From Limisphaerales bacterium (GTDB lineage Bacteria; Verrucomicrobiota; Verrucomicrobiia; Limisphaerales; JAJOIW01), in assembly GCA_965657355.1 (NCBI GenBank), contig CBFHOE010000016.1, positions 12,937-37,003 on the forward strand: a stretch of 24,067 bases of DNA, read 5' to 3'. The notes beneath the pieces were generated by a model. It saw nothing but the letters and a program-made list of their open reading frames with translations, made no database searches and was not told the origin of the DNA. Below, one piece after another: positions 19,116 through 24,067 of this stretch. How positions within the stretch are numbered: position 1 is the first letter of the stretch; every line of letters starts with the position of its first letter. The translations under genes and the position numbers were made by a program.

Positions 19116-20300
19116 ATGGATTCCCAAAAAGTAAATAATAAAAAAGGTCGACCTAGTATAGCCATCGCGTGTGGCGGCAGCGGGGGGCATCTGTTTCCAG
19201 GCGTGGCTCTGGCAGAAGAATTCGCTGATTTTAATATTCAGACAGAGCTCTTTATCACATCGAAAAAAGTCGATGATGCTGGCGTGAGTACTTTAAAAGA
19301 TATTGAGATACACAAATTACCCGGGAAACCCTTTTCATTAAAGAGGTCCATATCATTTATTAATGGTTTTTGGACCAGCTATAAGGAGAGTTTACGGCTT
19401 TTGAAGTTATCCAAACCGCTGGCCATGGTGGCTACCGGCTCATTTGCATGTTTGGGGCCGGTTTTAGCAGCGCGAAAGATTGGGGCAAAAATCTATGTGC
19501 ACGAGGCTAATTCCATACCCGGTAAAGCCGTTAGGTTACTAGCTACAAAGGTCGATCGCGTTTATCATTTTTTTCCAGGAATAGAAAGAAAGCTTATCAA
19601 CGCTTCTTGCAAACATGTAGGCATGCCTGTGAGAAGGCAATTCGAGCCATTCGACCCGGTTGCTTGTCGCTTACAACTAGGACTGCAAGCGCATAAGCCT
19701 ACTTTATTGGTCATGGGAGGGTCTCAAGGTGCTCGTCCAATAAACAGATTTCTTACCTCAAACATTCTCGAGATCCAGAAGGCCATACCCAACATACAGA
19801 TCCTGCATATAACAGGGACACTGGACTATGAAGAGGGATTGGAACTTCAAAAGAGAAAAGATGTTTTTCTGAGGATCATCACAAAGCCATTCCTTACTGA
19901 GATGGAGTTTGCATACGGAGCATCGAACTTAGTGATGTGCCGGTCGGGGGCTTCGACCATTGCTGAATTGGCTTCAATGAAAGTGCCCTCCATCCTCATC
20001 CCTTATCCGCATTCTGCCGATGGGCATCAGAAGTTGAATGCTCAATTGGTTGAACAATCTGGCGCCGGAACAATGGTTCTCCAAGATGATCTCAATTCTG
20101 AGAATGTCGTCCCCATTATGAAAAAACTTTTTTTTGACCAAGATCTCCGATCCAAGATGATTGATAATTTAAAAAATTGGTATCATCAGGATTCTACAGG
20201 TGAAATGGTTGAAGATATTATTTCTCATCTGGGTATCCCAGGAAAGCGAAGATCACCAGAATTCACATTCTTAAAAAAGAAGCTAACTGAGATTCAATAA
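19116..20300 (+). CDS. murG: Lipid II GlcNAc transferase
   Basis: GGSGGHLFP, HEANSIPG, GMPVR, GGSQGA, RSGASTIAE, PYP..HQKLNA. Confidence 0.96.
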   Translation: MDSQKVNNKKGRPSIAIACGGSGGHLFPGVALAEEFADFNIQTELFITSKKVDDAGVSTLKDIEIHKLPGKPFSLKRSISFINGFWTSYKESLRLLKLSKPLAMVATGSFACLGPVLAARKIGAKIYVHEANSIPGKAVRLLATKVDRVYHFFPGIERKLINASCKHVGMPVRRQFEPFDPVACRLQLGLQAHKPTLLVMGGSQGARPINRFLTSNILEIQKAIPNIQILHITGTLDYEEGLELQKRKDVFLRIITKPFLTEMEFAYGASNLVMCRSGASTIAELASMKVPSILIPYPHSADGHQKLNAQLVEQSGAGTMVLQDDLNSENVVPIMKKLFFDQDLRSKMIDNLKNWYHQDSTGEMVEDIISHLGIPGKRRSPEFTFLKKKLTEIQ

Positions 20301-20302
20301 CT

Positions 20303-21271
20303 ATGTCTCATACGGGCCAAGTCAACACGAATACTTACACAAGGTCTGCTGCACAAAGCGTAGCCCAAGACCTCAAAGAAATCTTGGGGCCTGGATCCGA
20401 AATATTATTAGACCAAAAGTTAGCATCAAAAACGACTTTGAAAGTGGGTGGGCTTGCTGATTGTTTCGTCAAGCCCGGGGGGGAAAATGAATTAGGCAAG
20501 CTGCTTCATTATTGTGATGCAAATCGCGTTCCATGGATGATGATTGGTCGAGGGTCTAATTTACTTGTTCGTGATGGAGGTGTGCCAGGGGTTGTCATCC
20601 AGTTAACGAATCCAATTTTTAATCGTTTGGAATACCTCGGGCCAGAGACCATTCGCTGTGGTGCTGGGTGCCGACTTAAAGCTGTCGCTAACTTTGCAAG
20701 AGATAATAATATTGGTGGCCTGGAATTTCTGGAAGGGATACCTGGTGCCATTGGAGGGGCTCTCCGTATGAACGCGGGTGCGATGGGTGTCGAGATATTT
20801 GATAAGGTTGTAAGCGTTACGGTTGCTTTTCCCAGTGGTAAAATCGAAGAAGTGCCGGTTCAAGAAATTGAATACCAGTATAGAAGTAGTTCGACCATAT
20901 CGAAATGTGTCGCAATAAATTGCATTCTCAAAGGATCTAAAGATTCTAAAGAAGCAATTCAGGAAAAGATGAAATCCAGCAACAAAAAGCGTTGGCAATC
21001 TCAGCCAGCGGCTCCATCTGCTGGCTGTACTTTTAAAAACCCCACCTCCATTCCGGCGGGGAAATTGATTGATGAATTAGGCTTGAAGGGGACATCTATA
21101 GGCGGGGCATGTATTTCTGATGTCCATGGTAATTTTATGGTAAACAGTGGAAATGCCACGGCTGCTGAATTTTTAGAGCTTATTGAAAAAGTTAAAGCTG
21201 ACGCACTCAATCAAAAAGGGCTCGAGCTGGATACTGAAGTTCAAATTGTCGGGGAGGATTCTCATGATTAA
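20303..21271 (+). CDS. murB: UDP-N-acetylenolpyruvoylglucosamine reductase
   Basis: TLKVGGLA, GRGSNLLV, GIPGAIGGALRMNAGA, YRSS, SAGCTFKNP, HGNFMVN, LDTEV. Confidence 0.96.
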   Translation: MSHTGQVNTNTYTRSAAQSVAQDLKEILGPGSEILLDQKLASKTTLKVGGLADCFVKPGGENELGKLLHYCDANRVPWMMIGRGSNLLVRDGGVPGVVIQLTNPIFNRLEYLGPETIRCGAGCRLKAVANFARDNNIGGLEFLEGIPGAIGGALRMNAGAMGVEIFDKVVSVTVAFPSGKIEEVPVQEIEYQYRSSSTISKCVAINCILKGSKDSKEAIQEKMKSSNKKRWQSQPAAPSAGCTFKNPTSIPAGKLIDELGLKGTSIGGACISDVHGNFMVNSGNATAAEFLELIEKVKADALNQKGLELDTEVQIVGEDSHD

Positions 21272-22193
21272 GCCAAAATTAATCGAGGTTGTCTATGGAG
21301 GGTTTTCCGGTGAGCGGGAGGTGTCATTAAAGTCTGGCGTTGTGATTGCTGAAAGCCTTGAAAAGGCGGGTTACTGCGTGGAATTAACAGATATACAGTC
21401 TCCTGTCTGGAATCCAAAACCCGGTGTTGAATTTGTTTTTATTGGCCTCCATGGGGCTTATGGAGAAGACGGAAAAATCCAAAGTAAAATGGACGACCTG
21501 GGGATTAGTTACTCCGGAAGTTCTTCCAGATCCAGCCACTTAGCATTTAATAAACACCTTTCAAAAGAAGTTTTTATTAAATCTGGCTTAAGCACGCCAA
21601 ATGGTGTCACCGTATCAGGAATTGAGCAAACTCGTCAGACAAATTTTTCGACACCATTAGTCGTTAAACCTGTGAGTGATGGCTCTAGTCTTGGTTTAGA
21701 ATTTGTAGATCATGCAGAGCAACTTGAATCAGCTGTCCAAAATTGCATGAGAGTGACGGATCAGGTCTTGATAGAAGAAAGAATATACGGGCGTGAATTG
21801 ACCGTTGGGATTTTGGGTGATGAAACCCTTCCTATTATAGAGATACGCCCTCAAGAGGGTGGTTATAACTACAAAAATAAATATACGGCTGGGGGTGCAG
21901 AGCATATATGCCCAGCTGAGCTAACAGGCAAGGAGCAAAACAAGGTCATTCAATTGGCAATGGCTGCTTTCCGCTCACTAGGCTGCTCTCATTACGGTAG
22001 GGTAGATATAATGCTAGACCGAGATTCCAACCCATTCGTATTGGAGGTCAATACACTTCCGGGCATGACAGAGTTTTCACTACTTCCGGAAGCAGCCCAG
22101 GAAGTGGGAATAACATTGCCCGAACTATGCTCGCAGATCGTAGAGTTATCATGGAAGGAAAGTTCTGAGAAATTAAACGCATCAGATGGATAA
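21264..22193 (+). CDS. ddl: D-alanine--D-alanine ligase
   Basis: GGFSGEREVSLKSG, LHGAYGEDG, VKP..GSS, YNYKNKY omega loop, RVD, EVNTLPGMT; ATG 21264 with GGAGG RBS, overlapping the murB stop. Confidence 0.96.
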   Translation: MIKPKLIEVVYGGFSGEREVSLKSGVVIAESLEKAGYCVELTDIQSPVWNPKPGVEFVFIGLHGAYGEDGKIQSKMDDLGISYSGSSSRSSHLAFNKHLSKEVFIKSGLSTPNGVTVSGIEQTRQTNFSTPLVVKPVSDGSSLGLEFVDHAEQLESAVQNCMRVTDQVLIEERIYGRELTVGILGDETLPIIEIRPQEGGYNYKNKYTAGGAEHICPAELTGKEQNKVIQLAMAAFRSLGCSHYGRVDIMLDRDSNPFVLEVNTLPGMTEFSLLPEAAQEVGITLPELCSQIVELSWKESSEKLNASDG

Positions 22194-22196
22194 GAC

Positions 22197-23066
22197 ATGA
22201 AGTTTGGAAAAAGAAAAAATGAATTGAGCGTTAGAGCTCGACAGCGAGGAATATTATGGTTCGTCAGCGCTCTTTTTCACTCTATATCTCAAACAAGTTT
22301 TGTTTTTGTAGCGATGTTTCTTGGTTTGTTGTGGGGCGTTAATAGCCTTACCTCATACCTCGGCCCCGGGCAGGCGTTTGAGGTCAGTGATGTCATATTG
22401 CTCCCTTTAAACGACCCTGATATTGAACAGCTAAAGCCTGTCCTAAGCATTAAAAAAGGGGACACGTGTACGATCGATAAGTTTAATGCCTTGGAAACGC
22501 AGTTGCTCTCATATGGATGGATAAAAGATATCAAACATAAATTAACCCGAAAAAGGCAGCTTGAGATTCTTATTACAAAGAAAATACCTTTTGCCAAAAT
22601 TCATTTTATCGGATCTCAACAATCGTCCTTGGATGACTCTACATTATTTATAGATTCTGAATTAGATCCATATGAGCCCGGGAGCACTGAGATGTTGTTA
22701 AGGGCCAGTAATATCCCAATGGTTCAATATGATGGCTCAGTTCCCGCCGGTGCTGATTCTAAAAGCCTTCCCGCGGAATTAAAGGCAATGGCTAATTTCC
22801 TCAAGGAATATTACAAATCAGAGATATCGAGTTCTTACAGAATCAAAAATTCCATGGTTTCAGACCAAACATATTTTATTGAATTCGAGCAAGATATCCA
22901 CATGAACCTTATTAACCCGGAGCCAGCTAGTCTGGTCCCTCATGTGGAGACAATACTCAGGAGACTCCCGCTAGACCAACTGAGACAGAATTCTATTTTT
23001 ATCAAAAATTCTCGAGACGTCTTAATGAAAAAAAGAGCCCCATTGGAGCTACAAAATTTATTCTAA
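22197..23066 (+). CDS. ftsQ: Highly divergent FtsQ/DivIB-like protein
   Basis: Between ddl and ftsA; N-terminal TM, then POTRA-like pattern (FEVSDV..LETQLLSYGWIKDI..LEILITKKIPFA). Confidence 0.6.
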   Translation: MKFGKRKNELSVRARQRGILWFVSALFHSISQTSFVFVAMFLGLLWGVNSLTSYLGPGQAFEVSDVILLPLNDPDIEQLKPVLSIKKGDTCTIDKFNALETQLLSYGWIKDIKHKLTRKRQLEILITKKIPFAKIHFIGSQQSSLDDSTLFIDSELDPYEPGSTEMLLRASNIPMVQYDGSVPAGADSKSLPAELKAMANFLKEYYKSEISSSYRIKNSMVSDQTYFIEFEQDIHMNLINPEPASLVPHVETILRRLPLDQLRQNSIFIKNSRDVLMKKRAPLELQNLF

Positions 23067-23134
23067 CTTTATTTTGAACCAAAACGCATTAACTGCATAA
23101 CATTTCACAAATTCATCAAGGAAATACATCACTC

Positions 23135-24067
23135 ATGACCCCATCAAATACAATAGCTGGAATTGAGTTAGGAACGAGTAAAGTATGTGTCCTAGTCGCC
23201 AAGACAGACGAAAGAGAAGGTCTCAAGATCATTGGTATAGGCCAAAGTAAGTCTCATGGCCTTCGCAAGGCTGAGATTTCAGATCCAACGCTTGCAGCTA
23301 ATGACCTAGAAATTGCTCTTGATAAAGCCGAGGAAATGTCTGGTGTTGACATATCGCGTGCCTATTTGGGTGTCTCGGGACGTCACGTAAAAGGTGTTAC
23401 TAATAGAGGGTTGCACCCTATTAAAAGCAGAGATAAAGGAGTCACTTCAAAGGACATGGAGATTGTTGTTAAAAATGCCAGGTCTTTTGAATTGGATGAA
23501 AGTTATAATCGACTTCACGATATTCAACAAAATTACCAGGTCGACGATATGGAGAATATCAAAAACCCTATTGGAATTAAGGGACATAATCTTATGGTCG
23601 AAATGCATGTTATTCAAGGTGCGCACAATCGAATTGAAAACTCCATTGGAGTCGTCAGGCAAAACAATGTGGATGTGCAAGAAGTTGCTTTTAATGGATT
23701 GGCGAGTTCATTGGCCTGCTTAGGTAAAAGGGAAAAGGAGCATGGTGCGCTAGTTATCGACATTGGTGGAGGGACTACAGATTACCTTCTATATGCTGGT
23801 GGACGAGTTCGGCATACTGGGGTCATAAGCGTTGGTGGGGACCATGTCTCCAATGATATTGCTGTCGGTATGGAAGTGTCTGTCGGCGCGGCTGAAGATT
23901 TGAAGCTCCACCATGGAAGTGCCATTATATTGCCTGATGTCGCTCAAAGAAGAGTTTCGCTCTCCTCAGGTATAGAAAAATTGACCCGCGAGTTTTCTTT
24001 AAAATCTATCCAACTTATTATGAACCAAAGGCTGACCGAAATTTTTGAGCTCATAAAATCCGATTTG
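23135..24067 (+). CDS. ftsA: Cell division protein FtsA (3' truncated by the window edge)
   Basis: Manual translation from ATG 23135: MTPSNTIAGIELGTSKVCVLV..GLRKAEI..AEEMSGVDI..LVIDIGGGTTD..GGDHVSNDIA..AEDLK; absent from the ORF track because there is no stop in the window. Confidence 0.95.
   Translation, partial: MTPSNTIAGIELGTSKVCVLVAKTDEREGLKIIGIGQSKSHGLRKAEISDPTLAANDLEIALDKAEEMSGVDISRAYLGVSGRHVKGVTNRGLHPIKSRDKGVTSKDMEIVVKNARSFELDESYNRLHDIQQNYQVDDMENIKNPIGIKGHNLMVEMHVIQGAHNRIENSIGVVRQNNVDVQEVAFNGLASSLACLGKREKEHGALVIDIGGGTTDYLLYAGGRVRHTGVISVGGDHVSNDIAVGMEVSVGAAEDLKLHHGSAIILPDVAQRRVSLSSGIEKLTREFSLKSIQLIMNQRLTEIFELIKSDL

Noticed and set aside
21860..21885. Possible D-Ala-D-Lac (Van-type) specificity of Ddl
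   Set aside because: Omega loop YNYKNKY keeps the Tyr typical of D-Ala-D-Ala ligases
23394..23723. ORFs 23394-23723 (+) and 23447-23680 (-)
   Set aside because: Lie within the true ftsA frame starting at 23135, which the track missed
1..24067. CRISPR arrays, tRNA/rRNA, IS elements, prophage
   Set aside because: No regular repeat-spacer pattern, cloverleaf, transposase or integrase motifs seen; intergenic gaps are small

Overview
Chromosomal, mostly housekeeping window from a bacterium that is probably Verrucomicrobiota. The taxon is inferred from a PVC-type dcw order with a LysM gene before ftsW, plus an ftsA that excludes Chlamydiae. The left part holds a DUF971 gene divergent from an NrdR-box-controlled nrdAB operon, then an esterase, dcd, a Zn-ribbon membrane protein, a stand-alone RibD_C reductase and queA. 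The nrdB product has the class Ic (Mn/Fe, radical-Tyr-less) signature and an unusual 55-aa acidic tail. The right part is a dcw cluster: mraZ-orf-rsmH-ftsL-ftsI-murF-mraY-lysM-ftsW-murG-murB-ddl-ftsQ-ftsA (partial). Most notably, murE, murD and murC, the three ligases that build the stem tripeptide, are each cleanly absent from three separate positions, while murB, ddl, murF, mraY and murG are intact and MurF has divergent motifs. This points to relocation or fusion of murCDE, or to a non-canonical (e.g. Mpl-type tripeptide-scavenging) peptidoglycan pathway. No RNA genes, CRISPR arrays or mobile elements were seen. All calls come from motif recognition by eye; no searches were run.
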